DNA of 64,000 nt from an uncultured bacterium. GTDB taxonomy: Bacteria; UBA8481. Within the stretch, counting starts at the first letter, position 1; every line of letters starts with the position of its first letter. The position numbers were made by a program, and so were the translations under genes. Positions 1 to 8,482 of the stretch are shown one piece after another. The stretch spans positions 62,001 through 126,000 of the forward strand of contig CAZCME010000003.1 in the NCBI GenBank assembly GCA_964499705.1, in the 5' to 3' direction. Below the pieces are notes generated by a model. That model saw only the letters and a list, made by a program, of their open reading frames with translations. It did not search any database and was not told the origin of the DNA.

Positions 1-793
1 CATGGAAGCCAATGGTCGATATGCGTTCGCTTTTTCCGGAGTCTGCTCCGGCACGACTCTGGCGAAGAACGGCATTAGTACGTCAACGCCAAATCCAGAT
101 TCGGGAATCTGGAATGATTTTCCATCAACGGGCATGTGGACAGGTGGAGAGGTTCGGTATCGGCGAAATTGGTTTGGAAGCACGAACGCAGATTCGGTGA
201 GTCATCTTATTTGGGGACCGGCTCGCCAAGCGGTTGTTCATGCTCCGTTTCGACTCGGTGAAATCGATTCCTCACAGGAAGCGGACACCGTTGCTCCGCA
301 AGCGCCCGATACCGTGATGGCGACCACGATCGATTCGTCGCATATATGCGTCACCTGGTCCATCGCCCATGCGTCTGAGGAACAAGAAACATCCATAAAT
401 CTTGCCGGATACCGAGTTTACCGTTCGACGACGATGAATCCATCTCACTGGATTCTCATCTGCGAAACGGCCGGACGCGAATTCACGGACTCGTATCTGG
501 GAGCCTTGTCGACCCACAACTATCGAATTACCGCGGTGGACGCGCATTCGCCATTTCCCAATGAGTCCTTCTTTTCCGATTCCATCGCTTCAGCGGCCAT
601 GCTGGCATGGACCACCATACCATCTCACCAAACCATCTCCCACGATTTGCTCATGGATTTTATTTCAATCGTGAATATGCCAGGATCGTATAACCCTGCA
701 TATGATGTCGGTAGAAATGGCCCGGATGGCATTCTCAACGAGGAGGATCTGTTTGAAATTGGGCGACGATACGACGAGAGATCGCTTCCATGA
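1..793 (+). CDS. C-terminal part of a secreted protein with a fibronectin type III domain and a dockerin/EF-hand-like tail (probably 5'-truncated)
   Basis: ORF open from the window edge; FN3 pattern DTVAPQAP...VTW...AGYRVYR...FTD...YRITAVD; tail YDVGRNGPDGILNEEDL resembles a Ca-binding dockerin-like loop; visibly lower GC than neighbours. Confidence 0.6.
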   Translation, partial: MEANGRYAFAFSGVCSGTTLAKNGISTSTPNPDSGIWNDFPSTGMWTGGEVRYRRNWFGSTNADSVSHLIWGPARQAVVHAPFRLGEIDSSQEADTVAPQAPDTVMATTIDSSHICVTWSIAHASEEQETSINLAGYRVYRSTTMNPSHWILICETAGREFTDSYLGALSTHNYRITAVDAHSPFPNESFFSDSIASAAMLAWTTIPSHQTISHDLLMDFISIVNMPGSYNPAYDVGRNGPDGILNEEDLFEIGRRYDERSLP

Positions 794-899
794 CGACGCT
801 CCGCCCAAAGAAGCCATCGGCATCGCTGGCAAGACTTGGAGTGTTCGCGTGGCTACCTTCGCCGGCAGCCCGATGACTTCCCCAAATCCAATCTCCGCC

Positions 900-2882
900 C
901 TACTCGTCCTCGCCGTATTTCAACCGTAGAGATTCCACCACGCCTGAATCCGCGAGCGTCGTGACGTCGCCGAGAGCCCGGCCTTCGGCGATGTCCCGGA
1001 GAAGCCGACGCATGATCTTGCCGGAGCGGGTTTTCGGGAGATCCGCGGCGAAGAGAACTTTCTCCGGCTTGGCGAAGGCGCCGATCTTCTCGCCGATCCA
1101 GTCACGTAGTGCCGCGGCGAGTTCCGGCGTGGGCTTCTGCCCGTCCTTGGGGGTCACGAATCCCACCAGGGCGTGGCCCTTGATCTCGTGCGCGATGGCG
1201 ATGACGGCGGCTTCGGCGACGGATTGGTGCTCCACGAAGGCGCTTTCCAGCTCGGCCGTGCCGATCCGGTGACCCGCGACGTTCACGACGTCGTCGACGC
1301 GGCCGACGATCCAGAAGCAACCGTCCTTGTCGCGGATGGCGCCGTCGCCGGGGAAATAATATTGTCCGTCCCACTTCGACCAGTAGGTCTTGACGTACCG
1401 ATCCTGGTCGCCCCAGATGCCGCGCATCATCGCGGGCCAAGGCTTCCGGATCGCGAGGATGCCTCCGCCCTCCGCGATCTCATTGCCGGCCTCGTCGAGA
1501 ATCGCGGCGTCGATTCCATAGAAGGGATGAGTGGCGGAGCCGGGCTTCGTGGTGGTGGCTCCGGGGAGCGGCGTGATGGAGATGGAACCGGTTTCCGTCT
1601 GCCACCATGTGTCGACGATCGGGCATCGGTTCGCTCCGATCGTCGAGCGGTACCACTGCCAGGCTTCCGGATTGATCGGCTCGCCGACGCTGCCGAGAAT
1701 CCGGAGCGACGAGAGATCGTGCTTTTCCGGCCACTTGTCGCCCCATTTCATGAAAGCGCGGATCGCCGTGGGCGCGGTGTAGAAGATCGTGACCTTGTGC
1801 TTGGCGACAATCTCCCAGAAGCGGTCGGATTGCGGGAAATTCGGAGCGCCCTCGTACAGAACCTGCGTGACGCCCCATTGCATCGGACCGTAGATGACGT
1901 AACTGTGGCCCGTGATCCAGCCGATATCAGCGGTGCACCAGAAGACATCGGTCGATCGGAGGTCGAAGACCTCGCGGGCGGAGACGCGCGTTCCGAGCAG
2001 GTAACCCGCGTGCGTGTGAAAGATGCCCTTCGGTTTTCCCGTAGTGCCGGACGTGTAGAGAATGAAGAGCGGATCCTCGGAGTCCATCGATTCAGGTTTG
2101 CTGGTCACGTGCGCGTGGGAGGCCAGCTCGTCGAAGTAATGGTCGCGGCCCGATTTCATCGCGTGGGCGAATTCGGGATTCCCCGGCTGCGGGTAGCGCT
2201 TGAAGACAAGGACATGCCGGACGGAGGCCGCGCCGTCGAGCGCCGCGTCCACGATGTTCTTGAGGAGCAGCTTTCCGCCGCGCCGCCAGCCTCCGTCGGC
2301 CGTGATGATGACCGACGCGGAACAGTCATTCACGCGATCGCGGATCGATTCCGCCGCGAATCCTCCGAAGATGACCGTGTGGATGGCGCCGATCCGCGCG
2401 CAGGCCAGGCACGCGATCGGCAGCTCGGGAACAAGAGGCATGTAGATCGCGACGCGGTCGCCCTTCTGCACGCCGAGATTCCGGAGCACTTCCGCGGTGC
2501 GGCAGACTTCGCGGTGAACGTCCTTGTAGGTGAGAATGCGTTCCTCGCCCGGTTCTCCCACCCAGCGAAAGGCGGGCCTCGATTCCACAGGTGTGCCGAG
2601 ATGCCGGTCGAGGCACTGCACCGAAGCGTTCAGCCGTCCGCCGGTGAACCACCGTGCGAAGGGGCGCTCCCATTCGAGCACCTTTTCCCAGGGTTTGTCC
2701 CAGATGAGCTCGCGCGCGTGTTCGCTCCAAAAGCCCTCAGGATCCGCGATGGAGCGTTGCCATCGCCGGAGGTATTCCTCGTGAGTCGGCGTCGCCGCGT
2801 CGGGCAGGGATTCCGGCGGAGGATACGTCCGGGTTTCGTGCATCACCCGGTGGAGCGCGCCTTCGACGATATCCTCCGCCAT
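900..2882 (-). CDS. acs: Acetyl-CoA synthetase (AMP-forming)
   Basis: 660 aa; YTSGTTGKPKG AMP-binding motif, WCTADIGWITGHSY, VDTWWQTETG, PKTRSGKIMRRLL. Confidence 0.97.
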   Translation of the reverse strand: MAEDIVEGALHRVMHETRTYPPPESLPDAATPTHEEYLRRWQRSIADPEGFWSEHARELIWDKPWEKVLEWERPFARWFTGGRLNASVQCLDRHLGTPVESRPAFRWVGEPGEERILTYKDVHREVCRTAEVLRNLGVQKGDRVAIYMPLVPELPIACLACARIGAIHTVIFGGFAAESIRDRVNDCSASVIITADGGWRRGGKLLLKNIVDAALDGAASVRHVLVFKRYPQPGNPEFAHAMKSGRDHYFDELASHAHVTSKPESMDSEDPLFILYTSGTTGKPKGIFHTHAGYLLGTRVSAREVFDLRSTDVFWCTADIGWITGHSYVIYGPMQWGVTQVLYEGAPNFPQSDRFWEIVAKHKVTIFYTAPTAIRAFMKWGDKWPEKHDLSSLRILGSVGEPINPEAWQWYRSTIGANRCPIVDTWWQTETGSISITPLPGATTTKPGSATHPFYGIDAAILDEAGNEIAEGGGILAIRKPWPAMMRGIWGDQDRYVKTYWSKWDGQYYFPGDGAIRDKDGCFWIVGRVDDVVNVAGHRIGTAELESAFVEHQSVAEAAVIAIAHEIKGHALVGFVTPKDGQKPTPELAAALRDWIGEKIGAFAKPEKVLFAADLPKTRSGKIMRRLLRDIAEGRALGDVTTLADSGVVESLRLKYGEDE

Positions 2883-2947
2883 ATTATCTCCTTACCTCCA
2901 TCGCGGATACCCGGATACCGGGCCGGTTTCGCCCGGACACAGGGAAG

Positions 2948-4375
2948 CTATTCCCCTTCTTCATCCGCTCCGATCGAGAGCTTCTCCTTCACGTGCACCG
3001 CATCATACGGAACCTTCACGAGTTTCACGGTCTTCGAAACATCCGAGGCGTTTCCGCCGATGTTCAACTTGGTGAAGAGGAGAGAGAACTTCGCTTCCAG
3101 TTCCTTCGCGACCGCCTTCAGGTTCTTCGGGTTCATCGTGAAGAAATCCCGCTTGAACGGGCCGAAGGCCTTCTTCCGCGACTTGTAGAAGAACTGCTCG
3201 TCCGTCTGACCGGCGCTTCGTTCGCCCGCGCAGTTCGTGGACGTCCATTGGTACATGCGGTCGTGGAGATCCTTCGGGAGGTTCGGGGAATCGAAGATGA
3301 GATTCTGGAAGGCCGTCGCGAGATGGACCTCGATCGCGCCGCATTCCACGAACTTGCCGAACTCGGTCTCCGGAAGCGTCGAGGCGCCGTGCTGGACCGC
3401 TCCGCCGATGCCGTATTCCTTGCGCGCTATCTCGCCGATCGTCTTCAGGGCTCCGAAGTCGATCGCGACCTTCGCGATGGAACCGTCCGGGAGAACCGTG
3501 CCGCCGTGCGACGTGCCGGTCTGGATGGAGATCTTGGAGATGCCCTTCAGGTTCTTTCCGTGCTTCGCCAGCGCCTTGTTGTATTCGCTCATGAAGGCGC
3601 GGAACTCCTCGGGCGTCGAATTCTTGTGCCCGACTTCGCCGATCTCGCCGCCGATGGAGACTTCGATGCCTTTCGGCTGGTTTTTCCTGATGAAGGCCGT
3701 CATCTCCGCGCAGACTTCCGCGTTCAGCCGTTGCTGTTCTTCGAGCGTGGGCTTGGAGAGATCGACGATGGTGGAGGAATCGATATCGATGTTGTAGAAG
3801 CCGGCGCCGAGTCCTTCGATGATGAGCGTCTTCAAGGAGGCTTTTTCCTTCTCGGGATCGGCCGCGAAGTTCTTGGCGTTGATCTGGAAGTGGTCGCCCT
3901 GGATGAAGACCGGTCCCTTCCATCCTTCGCGGATGGCGCCCGCGAGAATTTGCGTCGCGTATTCTTCCGGAGGCTGAAACGTGTAGCCGATCTCGGACTT
4001 GGCGATCTCGAAGAGAAACCCGGAGGCCTTTATCTTCTTGCCGAGCCGGAACATGGCGCGGGCCGACTCGAATGTCAGCGCGCGGAGATTGCAGGCCGGG
4101 CAGGTGTATCCGCCCTTGGCCTTCTTCTTGCCGACCGCGATGTAGAGGCTGTGAACGGATGAGGGCTCGATACCCAGCGCGCGGGCGGCTCCTCGGATAA
4201 GGAACTTCGCGGTCGCCTTGACGCCGGCGTCCTTGGAGACCGACGAATTGGCGGCGAGGCGTTCCGTCAGGGGGCCCTGAAGGGCTTTCGGATTCGTGAC
4301 CTTGACTTCGCCGTTTTTAATCGTGAGAGCCTTGCCGGCATCTTTCCAGAGTTCGTTGAGATTCGCGTAAAACAT
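2948..4375 (-). CDS. Class II fructose-bisphosphate aldolase family protein (long form)
   Basis: QGDHFQ, IDIDSS, GGEIGEVG, GTSHGG, AVQHGASTL metal-binding motifs; GGGAGG SD upstream. Confidence 0.85.
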   Translation of the reverse strand: MFYANLNELWKDAGKALTIKNGEVKVTNPKALQGPLTERLAANSSVSKDAGVKATAKFLIRGAARALGIEPSSVHSLYIAVGKKKAKGGYTCPACNLRALTFESARAMFRLGKKIKASGFLFEIAKSEIGYTFQPPEEYATQILAGAIREGWKGPVFIQGDHFQINAKNFAADPEKEKASLKTLIIEGLGAGFYNIDIDSSTIVDLSKPTLEEQQRLNAEVCAEMTAFIRKNQPKGIEVSIGGEIGEVGHKNSTPEEFRAFMSEYNKALAKHGKNLKGISKISIQTGTSHGGTVLPDGSIAKVAIDFGALKTIGEIARKEYGIGGAVQHGASTLPETEFGKFVECGAIEVHLATAFQNLIFDSPNLPKDLHDRMYQWTSTNCAGERSAGQTDEQFFYKSRKKAFGPFKRDFFTMNPKNLKAVAKELEAKFSLLFTKLNIGGNASDVSKTVKLVKVPYDAVHVKEKLSIGADEEGE

Positions 4376-4446
4376 GAGGTTCCTCCCGGATCTGCGTATC
4401 CGGCGTTCCGTTTATCCGAACGCCGTGTGCAAGCGCATCGTTATAT

Positions 4447-4475
4447 TTGTCAGGGAGGCGGTTTGCAACTAGATT
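4447..4475 (+). promoter_or_regulatory. Sigma70-type promoter for the lpxH-like gene (leaderless arrangement)
   Basis: TTGTCA(4447-4452)-17 nt-TAGATT(4470-4475)-6 nt-ATG(4482); no SD. Confidence 0.6.
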
Positions 4476-4481
4476 TTGGCC

Positions 4482-5225
4482 ATGAGTTCGCATGATATCC
4501 GCCTGGAATTGCCTTCCGGCCGCCCCGTCGTCTTTTTCGCCGATGTCCACCTGGGGGCGTCTCCAAGGGCGGAACAGCGCTTTGCCGCCTTCATGCGCGC
4601 GGTTCCCAGGGATGTGATCCTGGTTTCACTCGGAGACCTCGTCGATTACTGGGCCGAGGGGCCGGGCTGGAGCCTTGTAGATGCGTTCCCGGTTCTCCAG
4701 GCGTTTCGGGGCCGGGAGGCCTGGTTCCTGAAGGGAAACAGGGATTTCCTGATGGGGGCTCAATGGGAGCACGTGACGGGAGGACATGTGCTGGGAGATT
4801 CGATCGCTTTGTCCGCATGGGGGAAAGAGATCGTGTGCGCTCATGGGGACGATCTTCTGACCGGCGATGTCCGTTACCAGTTCTGGAAGAGGATCTGCCG
4901 GACCGAACTCTTCCGAAATGTTTCCGGTGTGCTCGGGAAGAAATTCGCTTTGAAGACGGCGAAGGGATTGAGAAAGGGTTCCGCCCGCGAGGTGGCGCGC
5001 AAACCCGCGGAGAGCCTGAGGATTGATTTTGTGGCGGCCGGCCGGATGCTGAAAGACCGGGATCTCCTCCTGTGCGGCCACACGCATCGCCCTGCGCGCC
5101 GGCAGATTGCGCTCGGAGAGATGATCACGCTCGGGTCGTGGGACGAGGACGCGGAGATCGTGATACTGGATGCGAAAGGGCTCCGATTCGACGGCGCGGC
5201 GAGATTATTTCCGGGGATCGAGTGA
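4482..5225 (+). CDS. lpxH: UDP-2,3-diacylglucosamine diphosphatase (LpxH-like metallophosphoesterase)
   Basis: DVHLG, GDLVD, GNRD, HGD, GHTH motifs; the GNRD arginine is typical of LpxH. Confidence 0.75.
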   Translation: MSSHDIRLELPSGRPVVFFADVHLGASPRAEQRFAAFMRAVPRDVILVSLGDLVDYWAEGPGWSLVDAFPVLQAFRGREAWFLKGNRDFLMGAQWEHVTGGHVLGDSIALSAWGKEIVCAHGDDLLTGDVRYQFWKRICRTELFRNVSGVLGKKFALKTAKGLRKGSAREVARKPAESLRIDFVAAGRMLKDRDLLLCGHTHRPARRQIALGEMITLGSWDEDAEIVILDAKGLRFDGAARLFPGIE

Positions 5226-5286
5226 AATCGGGCGGAATCAGATCGGGGAAATGCCGGTTTCATCGATGAAGCAAGCGAACGATCCC

Positions 5287-5616
5287 TTATTGACGTGGAG
5301 CCGACACTTTCCGATGGCGAACCGATAGAGCACCGCGGCGAAGCTGCTGCTCCTCGCGCATGACATGGAGGATGAGAACAACGCTGCCCTGTTGACGGTA
5401 AAAAATGCGGCAGGGCGGTTCGATGATTTGTCGGTACCGCCAACCTTTCAGTTCCGGTGGCTTTGAGCCGATCCTGGGATGTTTCGCCAGCATATCCACA
5501 TGATGAAAGACCTTTCTCACAAGCTCAGCAGCGGCAACCGGATTTTCCAATCCGATATGATCGGCGATCCCATCCAGATCGCTCAGCGCCGGCTCCGTCC
5601 AGACTATTTGAGCCAA
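5287..5616 (-). CDS. Type II toxin, ParE/RelE family
   Basis: 109 aa, QIVWTEPALSDL...HPRIG...YRQII...RIFY...ILHVMR; overlaps the antitoxin stop. Confidence 0.85.
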   Translation of the reverse strand: MAQIVWTEPALSDLDGIADHIGLENPVAAAELVRKVFHHVDMLAKHPRIGSKPPELKGWRYRQIIEPPCRIFYRQQGSVVLILHVMREEQQLRRGALSVRHRKVSAPRQ

Positions 5617-5861
5617 CGGGCCAGGCGCTTCCTGGCCTGGGCGCTTGTCAGAGTGCGCCCTTCCTCGGCAGCCTTTTCTCCGCGCGCAATGCCCTCCAGG
5701 ATCTTCATGCGGTGTTGCGTCGACTCATAGGCCTTCACGTCCACAAGGTAGGCGCTCGGAATGCCGTGCTGCGTGATGAGGATCGGCTTTCCGTTGCGCC
5801 CCAGATCGCTTAACAGCTCCGTCGCCCTGCGCTTCAATGTTGTCACCAGTTCCGTTCTCAT
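5604..5861 (-). CDS. Type II antitoxin, Phd/YefM family
   Basis: 85 aa, VTTLKRRATELL...PILITQHGIPSAYLV Phd N-terminal signature; upstream of and overlapping the toxin gene. Confidence 0.88.
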   Translation of the reverse strand: MRTELVTTLKRRATELLSDLGRNGKPILITQHGIPSAYLVDVKAYESTQHRMKILEGIARGEKAAEEGRTLTSAQARKRLARWLK

Positions 5862-5892
5862 GAAGTAATACTATTGTATCACTTTATGAGAA
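5855..5892 (-). promoter_or_regulatory. Palindromic TA autoregulatory operator overlapping the promoter and start codon
   Basis: TTCTCATGAAGTAATAC-tatt-GTATCACTTTATGAGAA, 15/17 inverted repeat; contains minus-strand TGnTACAAT extended -10. Confidence 0.7.
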
Positions 5893-6001
5893 TCAAGCCT
5901 GCCTTCCCCGGAAATCCTGTTGAATTTATCAGCGGCGGCACGCTCTCCCCGCCAACTTCATGGTTCTGGACAAAGTCGCTGTTGATCGGCATTCTTTCCT
6001 C

Positions 6002-6613
6002 ATGATGAAACTCAGAAATCTTCTCCCAGGAATCCATGTCTGGTCGCGGTTCAACGAGGAAAAGCAGATGGATTTTAACGGGCATGTCATTGAGCTGGGT
6101 CACGGCACGACCCTGTTGACGGATCCGCCTCAGACCGAATACCAGACGCTCGAAGCGATTGCCGATCTCGGCAAGGTCGCCGCGATCATCCTCACGAACC
6201 GCGATCATCGCCGCGATGCCGAACATTTCCGCAAGCGATTCTCCGCGCCCTTGTGGGGGCCCGATCTCGACGCGCCGCTTATCGAAATTCCCCTCGACCG
6301 CCGCATCCGCGACGGCGAGAAACTCTTCGACCGTTTCACAGTGATTTCCCTTCAGCATCAGAAATCCCCGGGAGAATTCGCGATGCACGATCCTGTCACG
6401 CGGAGCATGATCATCGGGGACGCGGTGATCGGCAAAGTCCCCGGCCGGCTGAACCTCCTGCCGGTGGAGAAGATTCCGAATCCCGAAGGTGCGAAGGAAA
6501 GCCTCCGGCGGCTCCTGAGCTACGATTTCGAGCATCTTGTGATCGGAGACGGGACCGCGATTCTCGACCGGGGCAAAAGCGCTCTGGAGGAGTTTTTAGC
6601 TCCGGCGCATTGA
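6002..6613 (+). CDS. Metallo-beta-lactamase fold hydrolase
   Basis: LTNRDHRRD (HxHxDH variant), KSPGE, IIGDA, LVIGDG; start set at ATG 6002 after TGGACA-17-CATTCT. Confidence 0.75.
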   Translation: MMKLRNLLPGIHVWSRFNEEKQMDFNGHVIELGHGTTLLTDPPQTEYQTLEAIADLGKVAAIILTNRDHRRDAEHFRKRFSAPLWGPDLDAPLIEIPLDRRIRDGEKLFDRFTVISLQHQKSPGEFAMHDPVTRSMIIGDAVIGKVPGRLNLLPVEKIPNPEGAKESLRRLLSYDFEHLVIGDGTAILDRGKSALEEFLAPAH

Positions 6614-6638
6614 CATTCCGCCTCTTCTGGAGTACAAC
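6610..6638 (+). promoter_or_regulatory. Putative sigma70 promoter of secD-secF-rel
   Basis: TTGACA(6610-6615)-17 nt-TACAAC(6633-6638); AGGAG SD before GTG 6713. Confidence 0.5.
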
Positions 6639-6712
6639 TCACCGATTTTATCCCCCGTTCCTCCTTCATCACGATCAGGATGCGCGGAGTCATTTTGACC
6701 AGGAGTTCTTGA

Positions 6713-8482
6713 GTGAAGTCTTTCAATTTCCGGTTTGTTGTCATCCTCGCGGTGATTGCTGCCACCGCATATTACCTCTATCCCACGGTGATGTGGGCCC
6801 GGATGACGCCGGAGGAGGTCGCCCTCAATCCCCAGGACGCCGAGAAATACCGGACGAAATCCATCAACCTCGGCCTCGATCTCCAGGGCGGCATCCACAT
6901 GGTCCTCGGAATCCAGACCGAGAAGCTGAAGCAGAACATACTCCTCAATCTGAACAACCACGTGACCGAGGTCTTCAAGGAAAAAGGGCTCGCCGTCATC
7001 GATCACCGCGTCGTGGGCGACGCGCTCGAGATCGAGGTCAACACATCGGCCGCGGCGGAACGACGCGCCGACATCGAGGAGTCCGTGCAGCGGCTCGACT
7101 TTCTTGCGGCTCCTTCCTTCGTGAACGATCCCGCCAAGACCGACCGTGTCGTTGTCCGCGCGGCCATGGACCGCGAGCGATTCGAGCGGGAAGTCCGCGA
7201 GGCCACGAGCCGCGCGCTCGACATCATCCGGAATCGTATCGACGCCTTCGGTGTCGCGGAACCTTCCATCCAGCAGGTCGGAGACCGGAAGATCGTCGTC
7301 GAGCTGCCGGGCGCCGCCGATCCGACCCGCGCCCGCGCTCTCATAGGCCGGACGGCCCAGCTTCAGTTCCATCGCGTGAAGCAGGACGCGGAGCTCGACG
7401 CCGCCCTGACGGCGATCGATCAGACGACCGGCGGCGAGCTCGCGAAGATCTACATGAGAGAAGACCTGGGCGAGGGGCGATTCGACATCTACTGCAAGCC
7501 GGAGCAGCGCGACCAGGTTGCAGCGATCATCGCCACGCCGGAAGCGGAAGCGAAATTCCCGGCGGGCACGAAGGTGTTCCTGGGCGCGGAAAACAACCGG
7601 CAGGGCCAGAGAATCATCCCGATCTATCTCCTGGAAGCCAACAATGCCCTGACGGGCAAGGATCTTGTGGCGGCCCGCATTTCGCAGGACGACCGCGGAC
7701 GCCCCGCTGTCTCCTTCGAGTTCGGCCGCGAAGGAGCGGAACAGTTCGCGGAGCTGACGGCGGAGCTGATGCAGGGCCAGAAGCGGCTCGCCATTGTCCT
7801 CGACCAGGTCGTGCAGTCCGCGCCGCAGGTCAATTCCATGATCCGCGGTTCCGGCCAGATCACCGGCTCGTTCACGTTCGACGAGGCCCGCGATCTCGCC
7901 GTGGTCCTCCGGAGCGGCGCGCTGCCGGCTCCCGTGGAAGTCCTCGAGCAGAGGAACATCGGACCGTCGCTCGGCCGCGACTCGATCGAGAAGGGCGCGA
8001 CCGCGGCCCTTCTCGGGTTTGTCGTCGTCATCGCGCTCATGATCGTCTGGTACAAGGGCGGCGGCATGATCGCCAACTTCTGCCTCATCCTCAATATCTT
8101 CATCACGCTGGCCTGCATGGCCGCGATCCACGGGACGCTGACGCTGCCCGGTATCGCGGGACTCGTGCTGACGATGGGCATGGCGGTTGACGCGAACATT
8201 CTCATCTACGAGCGCATCCGCGAGGAAGTCGCGGCCGGGCGCGGAGCCTTCTCTGCGGTGAACGCCGGTTACGACAAGGCCTTCACCACGATCTTCGACT
8301 CCAACCTGACGACACTCATAACGGCCGCCGCGCTGTACCAGTACGGCACCGGCCCGATCCGCGGTTTCGCCGTCACGCTCTCCATCGGTATCATCGGGTC
8401 CATGTTCACCGCGATCTACGTGTCGCGATTCATCTACGACAAGTTCGTGCTCTCGGCGAGAAACCCGAGGCTCTCGATATGA
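6713..8482 (+). CDS. secD: Protein translocase subunit SecD
   Basis: LGLDLQGG, RNRIDAFGVAEP, LRSGALP, IGPSLG, TLTLPGIAG, AVDANILIYERIREE. Confidence 0.97.
   Translation: MKSFNFRFVVILAVIAATAYYLYPTVMWARMTPEEVALNPQDAEKYRTKSINLGLDLQGGIHMVLGIQTEKLKQNILLNLNNHVTEVFKEKGLAVIDHRVVGDALEIEVNTSAAAERRADIEESVQRLDFLAAPSFVNDPAKTDRVVVRAAMDRERFEREVREATSRALDIIRNRIDAFGVAEPSIQQVGDRKIVVELPGAADPTRARALIGRTAQLQFHRVKQDAELDAALTAIDQTTGGELAKIYMREDLGEGRFDIYCKPEQRDQVAAIIATPEAEAKFPAGTKVFLGAENNRQGQRIIPIYLLEANNALTGKDLVAARISQDDRGRPAVSFEFGREGAEQFAELTAELMQGQKRLAIVLDQVVQSAPQVNSMIRGSGQITGSFTFDEARDLAVVLRSGALPAPVEVLEQRNIGPSLGRDSIEKGATAALLGFVVVIALMIVWYKGGGMIANFCLILNIFITLACMAAIHGTLTLPGIAGLVLTMGMAVDANILIYERIREEVAAGRGAFSAVNAGYDKAFTTIFDSNLTTLITAAALYQYGTGPIRGFAVTLSIGIIGSMFTAIYVSRFIYDKFVLSARNPRLSI

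Noticed and set aside
1173-3188. 671-aa plus-strand ORF, and similar long ORFs at 6253..8190, 6596..8131, 8434..10173, 33143..34555, 35695..37041, 42781..44505
   Set aside because: Antisense or alternate-frame shadows of well-supported genes; expected in high-GC DNA with biased third positions; no recognisable motifs
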